From contig JAYQJW010000002.1 in assembly GCA_038142325.1 (NCBI GenBank), positions 128,001 to 192,000 of the forward strand: a stretch of DNA of 64,000 bases. Reading direction: 5' to 3'. This document shows, in pieces, positions 10,554-22,907 of the stretch (positions are counted from its first letter, which is position 1; every line of letters begins with the position of its first letter). This DNA is from Gammaproteobacteria bacterium (GTDB taxonomy: Bacteria > Pseudomonadota > Gammaproteobacteria > GCA-002705445 > GCA-002716945). Under the pieces are notes generated by a model. The model was not told the DNA's origin and searched no databases. It saw nothing but the letters and a program-made list of their open reading frames with translations. The position numbers and the translations under genes were made by a program.

Positions 10554-12548
10554 ATGAACAATAAAATAATCTCTAATGCGATTAGATTTCTTAGTCTAGA
10601 TGCAGTTAACGCAGCAAATTCAGGCCATCCTGGTGCACCTATGGGTATGGCAGACATTGCAACCGTTCTATGGAGAGAATTTTTAAAACACAATCCAAAG
10701 AATCCTAACTGGTTTAATAGAGACAGATTTGTTCTATCAAATGGCCATGGGTCAATGCTTTTATACTCTCTTCTTCATCTCACTGGTTACAAATTATCTA
10801 TCAATGATATTAAAAATTTTAGACAACTACACTCACGTACCCCAGGACATCCTGAGTGCGATATAACCGAGGGTGTTGAAACTACTACTGGTCCATTAGG
10901 ACAAGGACTTGCAAATGCTGTGGGCATGGCAATTGCTGAGAAAAATCTAGCTGCAGAATATAATAGAAATGGTCATAAAATCATTGATCACTACACATAT
11001 GTCTTTGCAGGTGATGGCTGTTTAATGGAAGGAGTATCTCATGAGGCATCCTCATTAGCAGGCACATTGAAGCTTAATAAATTAATTGTTTTTTATGATA
11101 TGAATCAAATATCTATAGATGGAGATGTAAACGGTTGGTTTACTGAGGATATTCCATCACGCTTTGAAAGCTATGGTTGGAATGTAATTAAAAATATTAA
11201 TGGACATGATTTTTCAAATATCAGAAATGCGATCAAATCAGCAAAAGCTGAAAAAGAAAGACCAACTTTGATTTGCTGTAAAACTGTAATTGGTTATGGT
11301 TCTCCTAAATTTCAAGGCACATCTAAAGCTCATGGTGCACCATTAGGAATAGATGAAGCTAAGATAATCAGGGAAAAATTAAACTGGCCTCATGCGCCTT
11401 TTAAAATTCCAAAAGACATATATCAGAGCTGGGATGCCACAAAGAAGGGAAAAAAGTTGGAAGAATTATGGACTACAAAGATTAGTAAATATAAAAAAGA
11501 GTTCAGCAAAGAATATAAAGAGTTAAATAGAAGAATTAAGCGCATTAATACTCACACATCCCTAGCTAAACTTAGTGAATTTATGCACAAGTCACATAAA
11601 CCAATGGCTACAAGAAAATCTTCACAAGTAGTGATGTCAGAATTTGGTAATTTAGTTCCCGAGCTCATTGGCGGTTCAGCAGATCTAAAAGGTTCAAATC
11701 TTTCTTATTATGATGAAATGAAAGCTTTTTCAAATGAGAACCCAACAGGTAAATACATATACTATGGAGTAAGAGAGTTTGGAATGTCTGCAATATCAAA
11801 CGGAATTTTTCTACATGGAGCGATGAGACCATTTGCAAGTACGTTTTTGATATTTTCTGAGTATGCAAAAAATGCAATTAGAATGTCAGCGCTGATGAAA
11901 TTACCTATTGTTTACATATTCACGCATGACTCAATTGGGCTTGGTGAGGATGGACCAACACATCAAGCTGTAGAACAGTTATCATCACTTCGGCTTGTTC
12001 CTGATTTGGATGTGTGGAGACCGGCAGATACACAAGAAACCGCTGCAGGTTGGATTGCGGCATTAACATCTACTGAAAGGCCATTGGCATTTGCTTTATC
12101 AAGGCAAACTCTTCATGAAATACCAAAAACCAAGTCACAAATAAATAATATCTCTAAAGGTGGTTATGTAGTTTGTGGAAGTTCAGGAGATCCAGATGCA
12201 ATAGTTATTGCTACAGGCTCTGAAGTTTCATTAGCTGTGGATGCTGCAGATCAATTGAGGAAAAAAGACTTGAATATTAGAGTTATTTCAATGCCATGTC
12301 AGGAACTTTTTCTAAGACAATCAGATAGTTATATCAATAAATGTATACCTGATAGTTTTGAGAATATTCTTGCTATAGAATCCGGTGTTGGTGATTCATG
12401 GCATAAATTTACTGGTAAGACAGGCGCCACATTAACTATGGATACATTTGGACTTTCGGGTACGGGTGAAGATGTGATGGAGCATTTTGGATTTACAGTT
12501 AAAAATATAAAGAAAAAAATTATAAATTTAATCAACAAAAATAGGTGA
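10554..12548 (+). CDS. tkt: transketolase
   Basis: [27 protein letters not shown] and [15 protein letters not shown] motifs. Confidence 0.97.
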   Translation: MNNKIISNAIRFLSLDAVNAANSGHPGAPMGMADIATVLWREFLKHNPKNPNWFNRDRFVLSNGHGSMLLYSLLHLTGYKLSINDIKNFRQLHSRTPGHPECDITEGVETTTGPLGQGLANAVGMAIAEKNLAAEYNRNGHKIIDHYTYVFAGDGCLMEGVSHEASSLAGTLKLNKLIVFYDMNQISIDGDVNGWFTEDIPSRFESYGWNVIKNINGHDFSNIRNAIKSAKAEKERPTLICCKTVIGYGSPKFQGTSKAHGAPLGIDEAKIIREKLNWPHAPFKIPKDIYQSWDATKKGKKLEELWTTKISKYKKEFSKEYKELNRRIKRINTHTSLAKLSEFMHKSHKPMATRKSSQVVMSEFGNLVPELIGGSADLKGSNLSYYDEMKAFSNENPTGKYIYYGVREFGMSAISNGIFLHGAMRPFASTFLIFSEYAKNAIRMSALMKLPIVYIFTHDSIGLGEDGPTHQAVEQLSSLRLVPDLDVWRPADTQETAAGWIAALTSTERPLAFALSRQTLHEIPKTKSQINNISKGGYVVCGSSGDPDAIVIATGSEVSLAVDAADQLRKKDLNIRVISMPCQELFLRQSDSYINKCIPDSFENILAIESGVGDSWHKFTGKTGATLTMDTFGLSGTGEDVMEHFGFTVKNIKKKIINLINKNR

Positions 12549-12551
12549 ACA

Positions 12552-13559
12552 ATGACAATAAGAGTAGCTATAAATGGTTTTGGGCGTATTGGTAGAAATA
12601 TCTTAAGGGCAAAATATGAAAATGATAAATTTGATGATATAGAGATTGTAGCTATTAATGATTTAGGTGACAGTAGTATTAATGCCCATTTATTAATTCA
12701 TGATACTGTTCACGGAAAGTTTCAAAAGAGCGTTGAAGTAAAAGATAATAAAATTCTAATTGATCAAAAAGACGAAATACTTGTAATTTCTGAGAGAGAC
12801 CCTAAAAGCTTACCATGGAGCAAGCTTGATATAGATGTAGTTTATGAATGTACTGGGATCTTCGTTTCTAAAGAAAAAGCAGGACTACATATAGAGGCTG
12901 GTGCAAAAAAAGTTATCATTTCAGCTCCTGGTAAAAATGTTGACAATACAGTTGTGTATGGAGTCAATCACGAAACATTGACTGAAAATCATCAAGTTAT
13001 TTCGAATGCATCATGTACAACTAATTGTCTTGCAACTGTAATAAAAAATATTCATAAAACACTTGAGATTACAAATGGACTTATGACTACTGTTCATGCC
13101 TATACTAATGACCAGGTTTTAACTGATGTTTATCATACAGATTTAAGAAGAGCAAGATCAGCAACTCAATCAATGATTCCAACAAAAACAGGTGCAGCAG
13201 CAGCTGTTGGATTAGTTATGCCAGATCTAAATGGAAAACTTGATGGTTTCGCTATTAGAGTTCCAACTACAAACGTCTCAATAGTTGACTTATGTTTTAA
13301 TACTAAAAAAACATCATCTTTAGATGAAATAAATAATCTTGTACTTCAATCATCTGAAAATGATATGAAAGGTATTGTTGGCTATAATAACTTGCCTCTA
13401 GTTTCTGTTGATTTTAATCATTCATCATTCTCATCTGTTTTTGATGAAGGCCTCACGAGAGTTTCTGAAAATAAGCTTTATAAGATATGTGCATGGTATG
13501 ACAATGAGTGGGGATTTTCGAATCGCATGTTAGACGTTACAAAACATTGGATAGGTTAA
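12552..13559 (+). CDS. gap: type I glyceraldehyde-3-phosphate dehydrogenase
   Basis: [20 protein letters not shown] and WYDNEWGFS motifs. Confidence 0.97.
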   Translation: MTIRVAINGFGRIGRNILRAKYENDKFDDIEIVAINDLGDSSINAHLLIHDTVHGKFQKSVEVKDNKILIDQKDEILVISERDPKSLPWSKLDIDVVYECTGIFVSKEKAGLHIEAGAKKVIISAPGKNVDNTVVYGVNHETLTENHQVISNASCTTNCLATVIKNIHKTLEITNGLMTTVHAYTNDQVLTDVYHTDLRRARSATQSMIPTKTGAAAAVGLVMPDLNGKLDGFAIRVPTTNVSIVDLCFNTKKTSSLDEINNLVLQSSENDMKGIVGYNNLPLVSVDFNHSSFSSVFDEGLTRVSENKLYKICAWYDNEWGFSNRMLDVTKHWIG

Positions 13560-13560
13560 T

Positions 13561-14691
13561 TTGCTATTAGAGGATATAACATCCAAGAGAGTCCTTATAA
13601 GATTTGACTACAATGTGCCTATGAGTGAAGGCAAGATAGTTAATGACTTTAGGATTAGGCAATCTTATGAAACTATTAATGCATTACTTCAACAAGACAA
13701 TAAATTAATTATTGCATCACACCTTGGAAGACCGACTGAAGGACAGCATGACTCATCACTTTCAGTTTTGCCTGTCTGTAATTATGTCTCTGAAAAATTA
13801 AACCAAAAAATTAAGTTCATTCCAAATTTTACTGATTCTATAAGTTTTGATGATTATCATATTGCTATGCTTGAGAACGTTAGATTTAATATTGGTGAAA
13901 AAGCATGCGATAAAGACTTATCTAAAAGTCTAGCTTCTATAGCAGATATATTTGTTTTTGATGCTTTTGGTGTAGCTCATAGAAAAGAATGTTCAACATA
14001 TGGTTTATCAGATTATTTAGATACAGCTGCAGGTCTAAATTTCAGACATGAAATATCAACAATAAATAAACTTGTTAATGAAGAGTCTCGACCTAAAACA
14101 ATAATAATTTCAGGCGCTAAAGTTTCTACAAAAATAGTAGTAATAAAAAAACTACTTGAAAAATGTGATCATATGATTCTTGGCGGCGGAATACTTAATA
14201 CTTTTTTAAAAGCAAAAGGATACGAAATTGGTCAGTCATTAATAGAAGAGAGTTCAATAGGTTTGGCAGAAGATATACTTAATTCTGATCTTTCATCAAA
14301 GATATTTATTCCAACCGATTTCACATGCCAGACTGATTCACAAATTTCAAATATAGAACTAAATCATATTTCTAATGCCGACACTATATATGATTTGGGT
14401 GATAAGAGCTCTGTCAATTTAATAGAAATTATAAATAAATCATCTTCAATATTTTGGAATGGGCCACTTGGATATGTAGAAAAAAAACCTTTTGATAGAT
14501 CAACAAATTCAATAGCAAATGCAATCGCTCAACATAATTGTTTTTCTATAGTTGGCGGTGGTGATACACTACCGATTATCGAAAATTTAAACTTACAAAA
14601 TGATTTTACTTGTTTATCAACAGGCGGAGGATCACTTTTGACATATATAGAAAATGAAACATTACCAATATTAGACAAATTAAATATATAA
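13561..14691 (+). CDS. pgk: phosphoglycerate kinase
   Basis: RFDYNVP, SHLGRP, LENVRF, WNGPLG, GGGDT and STGGG motifs. Confidence 0.95.
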   Translation: MLLEDITSKRVLIRFDYNVPMSEGKIVNDFRIRQSYETINALLQQDNKLIIASHLGRPTEGQHDSSLSVLPVCNYVSEKLNQKIKFIPNFTDSISFDDYHIAMLENVRFNIGEKACDKDLSKSLASIADIFVFDAFGVAHRKECSTYGLSDYLDTAAGLNFRHEISTINKLVNEESRPKTIIISGAKVSTKIVVIKKLLEKCDHMILGGGILNTFLKAKGYEIGQSLIEESSIGLAEDILNSDLSSKIFIPTDFTCQTDSQISNIELNHISNADTIYDLGDKSSVNLIEIINKSSSIFWNGPLGYVEKKPFDRSTNSIANAIAQHNCFSIVGGGDTLPIIENLNLQNDFTCLSTGGGSLLTYIENETLPILDKLNI

Positions 14692-14692
14692 A

Positions 14693-16131
14693 ATGAAAAA
14701 AAGAACGAAAATTATTGCAACTCTTGGCCCATCATCAACTTCACCTACTAAAATTGCGAAGATGATAGAAGCTGGGACAGATGTATTTAGAATCAATCTT
14801 TCACATACATCAGTGGAAGATACAAAAAAAATTATATCCTTAGTTAGAAATCAAGAGAGTAACTTTAACAGACCAGTAGCAATTATGATCGATCTTCAAG
14901 GGCAGAAGGTTAGGATCAAAAGTTTCGGTAAATTGCCATTCGTTATGCTAAAAACCCATGACAGTTTCATCATTGACTCTTCTTTAGGTGAAAATGGTAC
15001 CTCAAAAAAAGTTGGAGTTACTTTCAAGGATTTATATAAGAATGTCAAAGCAGGCAATGAATTACTTTTGAGTGATGCTTTAATAAAGTTAAGAGTCGAT
15101 AAAGTTAACGCAAAAAAATTTACACAACTGTTTTAAGAGGTGGAAAGCTTAAACCTTATCAAGGAGTGAATAAAAAAGGTGGCGGTTTATCACTATCAGG
15201 TATTACTAACAAAGATAAGTCAGACCTAAAAAAATCACTTCCACTTGAATATGATTATGTTGCAGTGTCGTTTGTTCAAGATGAGAAAGATATAAATGAA
15301 ATCAAAAAAATACTTAAAAATAAAGATGTCAAAATAATTGCAAAGATAGAAAGAAATGAAGCAATAAAGAATATTGATAAGATTACCAGAGCAGCGGATG
15401 GATTACTTGTAGCTAGAGGGGATCTAGGTGTAGAGATTGGTATTGAGCAGCTTCCAGCCACACAAAAACTACTCATTAGAAAAGCGATATCTTTTGATAA
15501 AATTGTTATTGTTGCAACGCAAATGATGGAATCTATGATTAAAAATAGAGTTCCAACTAGAGCGGAAGTATTTGATGTTGCTAACGCTGTTACATCTGGA
15601 GTAGATGCTATTATGTTTTCTGCAGAGACGGCGATTGGTAAATATCCATCTGATGTAATATCTGAAGCAAGTAGAATTTGTGTTGAGTCTGAAGGAGCAT
15701 ACATAAGACCATTATCTGTAGACAGAGTTGTTCCTAAAACACTTCCAGTGGATCAGGTCATTGCATTATCTGCTGTATATAGCGCGAAACTTACAAAAGT
15801 TGTAGCTATTGCTGCACTTACAGAAACTGGTTCAACTGCTTTATGGATGTCTAGAGTACAATCTAATATTCCGATTTACGCAATGACCCAAAACATTAAA
15901 ACAAGTAGACGGATATGTCTTTATAAAGGAGTGCAATCGATAAAGCTAGATAAACTTGAAGAGAATCATGCACAAGCAAATTTGCAAGTTATCTCATTAA
16001 TGAAAGAAATTGGCACAGTGAAAAAAGGAGACTTAGTAATTATTACAAAGGGTGACCTGCTTGGTACAAGTGGTGGAACTAATGCAATGAAAGTTGTTGA
16101 GGTTGGTAATATGATTGAGATTAATAATTAG
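14693..16131 (+). CDS. pyk: pyruvate kinase (frameshift in A-run near 15115)
   Basis: RTKIIATLGP, AKIER, VARGDLGVE and ATQMMESM motifs across two ORFs. Confidence 0.95.
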
Positions 16132-16179
16132 GGAGAAATACAAGTTGATAATAATATATTAAGTGAAACTGCTCAAAAA

Positions 16180-17139
16180 ATGATGTTAAAACCCAAAGGT
16201 ATTTTAGCTATGGATGAAAGTAGTCCAACAATAGCAAAACGCTTAGCATCAATAAATGTTGAAAATAATGAGAATAACAGAAGACGATATAGAGAATTAA
16301 TTGTTACAACTCCTGAGTTATCAACATGCATAAGTGGTGCAATATTGTTTGAAGAAACATTTGATCAAAAAATGAGTGATGGGACTTTGTTTAGAGAATA
16401 CCTCAATTCAATTGGTATACTCCCTGGCATAAAAGTTGACAAAGGAGCAAAAGATTTTTCTTGTCATCCAGGAGAAAAAGTCACTGAAGGATTAGATGGC
16501 CTTGGTGATAGACTTTCAGATTATTATGCTAAAGGCGCTAAATTCTGTAAATGGAGAGCTGTAATTACAATAGGAGATAATATTCCTTCAGATGCGTGTA
16601 TAGAATCAAATATGAACGCGCTCGCTAGATATGCGTCACTATGTCAAGAAAATAACCTTGTACCTATTGTTGAACCAGAGGTCTTAATCAACGGAGCTCA
16701 CAGTATTGAAACTTGTAATGAGGTTACTAGAAGATCCTTAAAATCTCTTTTTAATAATTTAGATATGCTGAACGTATATCTACCAGGTACTGTTTTAAAA
16801 CCAAGCATGGTTATCTCTGGTCAAGAAAACCAATCTAGAGCAGACAGAAATACAGTGGCATCGATGACACTTGAGTGTTTACAAGATTGTGTTCCAGAAC
16901 TTACTGCAGGGATAGCATTTCTATCAGGCGGCCAAACTGATGAGGAAGCAGAAACTCATTTAAATATTATTAATAATCACACGAACCTACCTTGGAGGGT
17001 AACCTTCTCTTATGCAAGAGCAATACAAGCAGCTGCACTTGCTTCATGGGGTGGTAATGACGAAAATATAAAAAAATCTCAAGAAATTCTCTTTGATAGA
17101 GCAAGTAAGTGCTCTATGGCCTCAGTTGGAAGTCTATAG
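16180..17139 (+). CDS. fba: class I fructose-bisphosphate aldolase (eukaryote-like family; true start probably ~12 codons upstream)
   Basis: KGILAMDES, GIKVDKG, VPIVEPEV, LKPSMV (Schiff-base Lys), FLSGGQ and FSYARA motifs. Confidence 0.93.
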   Translation: MMLKPKGILAMDESSPTIAKRLASINVENNENNRRRYRELIVTTPELSTCISGAILFEETFDQKMSDGTLFREYLNSIGILPGIKVDKGAKDFSCHPGEKVTEGLDGLGDRLSDYYAKGAKFCKWRAVITIGDNIPSDACIESNMNALARYASLCQENNLVPIVEPEVLINGAHSIETCNEVTRRSLKSLFNNLDMLNVYLPGTVLKPSMVISGQENQSRADRNTVASMTLECLQDCVPELTAGIAFLSGGQTDEEAETHLNIINNHTNLPWRVTFSYARAIQAAALASWGGNDENIKKSQEILFDRASKCSMASVGSL

Positions 17140-17781
17140 TAAGTTGAAGATTTTTTTAGAAATCATCTTTATTGAGCTTGCACTAGTGTAGTTTACAACT
17201 GGTATTTTGCTGTGTTTTTTTATCTCTTTGAAATTCTCCATCTGGTTTTTATTGTTTGAATTAAGTATTACTAAATCTAACGATGTTTTAAGTCTCTCAA
17301 AAGCTAACATTGTTGATACTGCGGCACCTATGCAACCTAATTCATCTTTAACGATAAGAATATTAAATGATTTGATTTTTTTCATGAGATTAATATTGAG
17401 ACCGTCTGTAGCTAGAGGAGAGAATGCTCCTCCTGCTCCTTCAACAACACATGGTCTATTTTGAATGATTTTTTTGTATTTCATTATGTAATCTTTTATA
17501 TAAATCTTTTTATTTGCATTTTTAATTGCTAAATATGGAGATACAGGTTCTATAAACCTATAAGGATTGATCTCATCATGTGTTATTTTTTTGCCAAGCG
17601 CATGATAGTATTTAGTCGAGTCTCTCGGTATCAGCAAACCCTTTCTAACTTGACAGCCTGTTTCAATCGGCTTGAAAGCTAAAAAGTCTTTTTTCTTGTT
17701 TAATTCTTTTAGTAACTTTATTCCAATATATGTTTTACCAACATCAGTATTCGTTCCAGTAACAAAGATACTATTTTTCAT
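17134..17781 (-). CDS. bioD: dethiobiotin synthase
   Basis: FVTGTNTDVGKT, FKPIETG and VEGAGG motifs. Confidence 0.93.
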   Translation of the reverse strand: MKNSIFVTGTNTDVGKTYIGIKLLKELNKKKDFLAFKPIETGCQVRKGLLIPRDSTKYYHALGKKITHDEINPYRFIEPVSPYLAIKNANKKIYIKDYIMKYKKIIQNRPCVVEGAGGAFSPLATDGLNINLMKKIKSFNILIVKDELGCIGAAVSTMLAFERLKTSLDLVILNSNNKNQMENFKEIKKHSKIPVVNYTSASSIKMISKKIFNLL

Positions 17782-18631
17782 GAGTTAATAAAGTTAATAC
17801 TTTTCTATACTTATTTAGTATTTCATCTTTGACAATTGTTGGAATAATAATTTGTTTACGATTCCAGTTGATCTGATCAAGATAGTCTCTAAAGTATTGT
17901 TTATCAAAAAAATCTATATCTTTATTTTCAAGGTCCTTTGTTAAGCAATACCTCGCACAATCAGGAGTGAAAATTTCATCAATTAATATTACATTCTTTT
18001 CATCATCGTAACCAAATTCAAATTTACAATCTATCAGCGTCAGGCCTTTTGTAAGAGCCAATCTATGCGCATACTCATATAATTCAATACTTTTATCTTT
18101 TATAAAATTAGATAATTCTTCTCCAATATTTTTGCACATCTCTGCAAATGTTATATTTATATCTTTACCACCAACTTCAGCTTTTGTAGATGGTGTAAAT
18201 AATGGAGAATCAAATTTATCATTAATATTCATTTTTTTGCTAATAATAATATCGGAGACCTTACCCTCTTTTTTATATTGCTTGAAAGCAGATCCAGAAA
18301 TATAACCCCTCACAATAGACTCTATTCTGATTGGTTCACATTTTTTTACAAGCGAACAACTTTTAAATGTATTTGGAACTAGTTTAGCTAGTTCATTATC
18401 TATAAGTAAATGATTATCTATGATATGTTCTGTTTGCTTGAACCAAAATTTCGATATAGTCGTTAGGAGTTCACCTTTAGTTGATAGTTCATCATCAAAC
18501 ACAAAATCATATGCTGAAATTTTATCTGATGTCTTTATTAGAAGTTTATCTTCATTAAATTTATAAACATCTCTAATTTTTCCAGAGAACAGTGGTTTGT
18601 TCTCCAGAAAAAATATGTCAGTTCGATCCAT
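17771..18631 (-). CDS. purC: SAICAR synthase
   Basis: SGKIRDVY, VRGYISGS, FTPSTKA, KFEFG and DEIFTPD motifs. Confidence 0.95.
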   Translation of the reverse strand: MDRTDIFFLENKPLFSGKIRDVYKFNEDKLLIKTSDKISAYDFVFDDELSTKGELLTTISKFWFKQTEHIIDNHLLIDNELAKLVPNTFKSCSLVKKCEPIRIESIVRGYISGSAFKQYKKEGKVSDIIISKKMNINDKFDSPLFTPSTKAEVGGKDINITFAEMCKNIGEELSNFIKDKSIELYEYAHRLALTKGLTLIDCKFEFGYDDEKNVILIDEIFTPDCARYCLTKDLENKDIDFFDKQYFRDYLDQINWNRKQIIIPTIVKDEILNKYRKVLTLLTHEK

Positions 18632-18634
18632 GTA

Positions 18635-19084
18635 TTATTTTAATTTATTTATGTAACTGGAAAATCTTTCTTTATTAGTGGCAAACTTCTTTTCTTCAGC
18701 AGCAGCGAATTCTGAGGCATTTGCTAGATTCTCTAAATTATCACCAACGGCAATTATACCAACCATACCAAGAATATAGTGGGGCGTGCATTTATATCCA
18801 TACACACCTTCTTCAGTGAATGTAATTGTGAGTTCTTCATTAATCTTACCATTCCATTGAAGACTATTATCAGCTGTCATTGCATCAATTGATGCTGTAT
18901 TGTGTCCAGGATTAGATGCTTTCCATGTTACAGTGTCTCCAGGTTGAATTTTCAAGACTGCTGGTTTGAAAACCATCATTTCTCCATTTGATGAGCTCAA
19001 CATTTCAACTGTATGATCTTCTGACATAGCTGGCAATGCTATTACTAGCATGACAGCAAACAATGTATTCTTAATTAGTTCCAT
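18635..19084 (-). CDS. pseudoazurin (periplasmic type-1 blue copper protein)
   Basis: Signal peptide; MVFKPAVLKIQPGDTVTW, GHN and YKCTPHYILGMVG give the His/Cys/His/Met Cu ligands; C-terminal helices. Confidence 0.88.
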   Translation of the reverse strand: MELIKNTLFAVMLVIALPAMSEDHTVEMLSSSNGEMMVFKPAVLKIQPGDTVTWKASNPGHNTASIDAMTADNSLQWNGKINEELTITFTEEGVYGYKCTPHYILGMVGIIAVGDNLENLANASEFAAAEEKKFATNKERFSSYINKLK

Positions 19085-19186
19085 AATATTTTCCTCTTAT
19101 CTTCATGATGTTAAGTCTCATCAGTTTATCAAAAAAAAAAATTTAATTCATTGTGCTTATGAATTATACTGACAAAGAATAATCAG

Positions 19187-19861
19187 GTGTCCATGAGAGA
19201 TTACAAAATAGCCCCATCTATTTTATCAGCGGACTTTGCTAATTTAGGCAAAGAAGTAACCGATGTGGTCAACGCAGGAGCAGATTTCATTCATTTTGAC
19301 GTAATGGACAACCATTATGTGCCAAATCTAACCATTGGCCCAATGGTTTGTAAATCTCTTCGAGACTACGGAATCAAATCAGTGATTGATGTTCATCTGA
19401 TGGTTTGTCCTGTAGATGAAATAATTCCTGAATTTGCTAGAGCGGGAGCTGACTTCATTACATTTCATCCTGAGGCGACAAACCACGTGGATAGAACTAT
19501 TAAACTTATAAGAGATAACGGATGCAAGCCTGGCTTAGTACTCAATCCTGCGACAAGTGTTTCTGTTCTAGAATATTGCTTGGATCAGATAGATATGGTT
19601 TTGTTGATGTCTGTTAATCCAGGATTTGCAGGTCAAAAATTTATTGAATCCACTTATGACAAAATATCAGATGTCAGAGAGATGATCGATGCAATTAATC
19701 CATCAATCAGGCTGGAAGTTGATGGCGGTATAAATCTCGAAAATATTGGTAAAGCTGCGAAATGTGGAGCTGATACCTTTGTTGCTGGTTCTGCAATATT
19801 TAACTCTAAAAACTATACCTCTACTATTTCTCAAATGAGAGAAATTATAGCTAAATCATAA
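19187..19861 (+). CDS. rpe: ribulose-phosphate 3-epimerase
   Basis: [31 protein letters not shown] and EVDGG motifs. Confidence 0.97.
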   Translation: MSMRDYKIAPSILSADFANLGKEVTDVVNAGADFIHFDVMDNHYVPNLTIGPMVCKSLRDYGIKSVIDVHLMVCPVDEIIPEFARAGADFITFHPEATNHVDRTIKLIRDNGCKPGLVLNPATSVSVLEYCLDQIDMVLLMSVNPGFAGQKFIESTYDKISDVREMIDAINPSIRLEVDGGINLENIGKAAKCGADTFVAGSAIFNSKNYTSTISQMREIIAKS

Positions 19862-19870
19862 TTTTGATTA

Positions 19871-21329
19871 ATGAACTTTAATGATTTTTCAAAAATTGCC
19901 CAAGAGGGTTTTAATCTAATACCGTTAATCAGAGAAATTGAAGGATATGACAAAGAAGCCATTGATGTTTATTCTCAACATTTTGATGACAAAAAATCTT
20001 TTTTCTTTGAATCTCTTGAGGGTGATAAAAATTGGAGTAGATATACAATTATTGGTTGTTCCTCAGGTGAGTATATTGAAATCCATGGAAATATAATTCA
20101 AAAATATTCTGATTTTTTATGTGTAGAAGAACATACTGAAAATGACCCCATTGATTGGTTAGAGAAATATTTTCATTCATTCAAAGCCTATATTCCAAAT
20201 CAATTTCCCTTATTTTCAGGAGGGCTTGTAGGACACTTCTCTTTTGAATCTGTCTGTTATTTTGAAAAAACCATTCCCAAAAAGAAACTTCAAAACGATA
20301 TTGATGCACCAGATATTTCACTAATTATTTGTAAAGAATTCATCGTATTTGATAAAGTCAACGATAAGGTTTATGTTGTTGTCTTTTCTGGCTCCGCACA
20401 ATCTGACTACGATAGAAATATAAAAAAACTTGAACACTACACTCAACTGCTTAATGAAGATTTTGAAATAGGCACACATTATTACAATAATAAAGAGACG
20501 ATTGTTAATTATGATTTTAAAAAAGAAGATTTTATCTCTGCAGTACAAAAGATAAAAAATTACATTTCATCGGGTGATGTAATGCAAGTAGTATTGTCAC
20601 AAAGAATGACTGTAGATTTTTCTGAAAAGCCAATTGATTTTTATAGAGAATTACGAAAGATTAACCCATCGCCATACATGTATTATTTAAATATGGGAGA
20701 TTACACTGTTGTTGGTTCATCACCTGAAATATTGGTAAGACTTGAAGACAAGAAAGTCACTGTAAGACCTATAGCAGGAACTAGGCCTAGAAGCGATGAT
20801 ATAGATACTGATAAGAAATTTGAAATTGACTTGTTGGATGATAAAAAAGAACTTGCAGAGCACCTAATGTTAATTGATTTGGGTAGAAATGATATCGGAA
20901 GAATCTGTCAAACTGGAACTGTTAAATTGACTGATAAAATGATAATTGAGAAATACTCTCATGTGATGCATATGGTGTCTAATGTCGAGGGTGACGATAA
21001 AGCCGGATTATTCACAGTTTGATGCACTAAAAGCTACCTTTCCAGCAGGCACTGTATCAGGAGCACCAAAGATAAGATCGCTACAAATAATCTTTGAACT
21101 TGAAAACATTACAAGAGGTATCTATGCTGGTGCAATTGGTTATCTTGGATGGAACGGGAACATGGATACAGCTATAGCGATAAGAACCTGTGTTATAAAA
21201 AACAAGAAATTACATATACAATGCGGCGCCGGTATTGTTTATGATTCTATTCCTGAATCAGAATGGGAAGAGACAATCAATAAAGGTAAAGCAATTATTA
21301 AAGCTATTGAAAGATTGAGAGAAAACTGA
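19871..21329 (+). CDS. trpE: anthranilate synthase component I (frameshift near 20990)
   Basis: [39 protein letters not shown] and DTAIAIRT motifs. Confidence 0.95.
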
Positions 21330-21898
21330 TGATTTTGATGATAGATAACTATGATTCTTTCACATTCAATATTGTTCAATATTTAGGTGAACTAGGAGCT
21401 GAAGTATTTGTAAAAAGAAATAATGAAATAACGATAGAGCAAATTAATACATTAAATCCGGATAAAATAGTGATATCACCAGGACCTTGTACTCCTAATG
21501 AAGCTGGTATTTCTCTTGATGTAGTTAAAAAGTTCTACAAACAAAAAGCAATATTGGGCGTCTGCCTTGGTCATCAAACTATTGGACAAGCTTTTGGTGG
21601 AAAAATTGTTTCTGCAAAAAGAATAATGCATGGTAAGACATCTAACATTACTCATAATGAGAAGGATTTATTTGATTCAATAGCTCAAAACTTTACTGCA
21701 ACTAGATATCATTCACTAGTAATTGAAGAAGAAAGTTTACCTGATTGTCTATTAGTTACGGCGCGTTCAGATGACACTGAATCTGAAATTATGGGAATCA
21801 GACATAAAGAATATAATTTATTTGGTGTACAATTCCATCCAGAATCTATCTTGACACAATCAGGACATAAATTACTTGAGAATTTTTTAAATGTATAA
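21329..21898 (+). CDS. trpG: anthranilate synthase component II / glutamine amidotransferase
   Basis: IDNYDSFT, ISPGPCTP, GVCLGHQ and QFHPES motifs. Confidence 0.95.
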   Translation: MILMIDNYDSFTFNIVQYLGELGAEVFVKRNNEITIEQINTLNPDKIVISPGPCTPNEAGISLDVVKKFYKQKAILGVCLGHQTIGQAFGGKIVSAKRIMHGKTSNITHNEKDLFDSIAQNFTATRYHSLVIEEESLPDCLLVTARSDDTESEIMGIRHKEYNLFGVQFHPESILTQSGHKLLENFLNV

Positions 21899-22907
21899 CT
21901 TTGAGAAAATTATTTCAAAACTTCACAATAGTATTAACCTTACACAAGATGAAGCTTGTTATGTCTCACAACAAATGTTCAAAGGTGAACTGAAAGAAAA
22001 TAATATTATAGAGGTTCTAAGCCTATTAAACTCTAAAGAAATATATCCTGATGAGCTAATCGGATTTGCTAGAGCTATGAGAGAAATCTCTACTAAAGTA
22101 GAAATTGATGAAAAAGTTATTGATTGTTGTGGTACGGGTGGCGACGGTAGCGGCACATTTAATATCTCGACTTGTGCGGCATTTATTGCTGCGGCATGTG
22201 ATATAAAAGTTGCAAAACATGGCAATAAGGCAATTACAAGTAAATCTGGTAGTGCTGATTTACTTCATGATGCTGGTGCAAAAATTGATCTAAACCCCAC
22301 CCAAGTAAGCGAGTGTATCAAGCAAGTAAATTTTGGTTTTATGTTTGCTCCTATGCATCATCAAGCCATGAAAAATGTTGCTGAGTCACGAAAAAAAATT
22401 GCTCCTAATAAAACAATATTTAACATGCTAGGGCCTATTACAAACCCTGCACAAGCAAAACTTCAACTAATAGGAGTATATGATCAAAAATCAATGAATC
22501 TAATTGCTGACGCACTTGTTGAGTTAGGTACAGATAGAGCACTAATTCTTAATTCGAGAGACGGAATGGATGAAGCAAGTATCTATACTGAAACTGATGT
22601 AATAGAAATTATAGGATCAAAAAAAACCAACTATTCAATCGATCCTAAAAAGCACAATATCACTTGTTCCAATATAGATAACATAAAAACAACGGATAAT
22701 AAAAGCAGCCTTGATATGGTGTTTAGTGTTATTAATAATGAAGATTCTGATGCAAAAGAGATTAGTTTATTTAATGCTGCACTATCCGTTATGTTATATA
22801 AAGAAATTTCTCTAGATGAGGCAATAAAGCAATGCAGAGATGCTCTGAATGAATACAAAGTTCGAGATAAATTTAATCAATATATAGATTTCACAAATCA
22901 GGTTTGA
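21891..22907 (+). CDS. trpD: anthranilate phosphoribosyltransferase
   Basis: DCCGTGGDG, FNIST, AKHGN and SGSAD motifs. Confidence 0.96.
   Translation: MYNFEKIISKLHNSINLTQDEACYVSQQMFKGELKENNIIEVLSLLNSKEIYPDELIGFARAMREISTKVEIDEKVIDCCGTGGDGSGTFNISTCAAFIAAACDIKVAKHGNKAITSKSGSADLLHDAGAKIDLNPTQVSECIKQVNFGFMFAPMHHQAMKNVAESRKKIAPNKTIFNMLGPITNPAQAKLQLIGVYDQKSMNLIADALVELGTDRALILNSRDGMDEASIYTETDVIEIIGSKKTNYSIDPKKHNITCSNIDNIKTTDNKSSLDMVFSVINNEDSDAKEISLFNAALSVMLYKEISLDEAIKQCRDALNEYKVRDKFNQYIDFTNQV

Noticed and set aside
19106-19123. FNR box upstream of pseudoazurin
   Set aside because: TGATG-N8-CATCA does not match the TTGAT-N4-ATCAA consensus or spacing; kept only as an unassigned inverted repeat.
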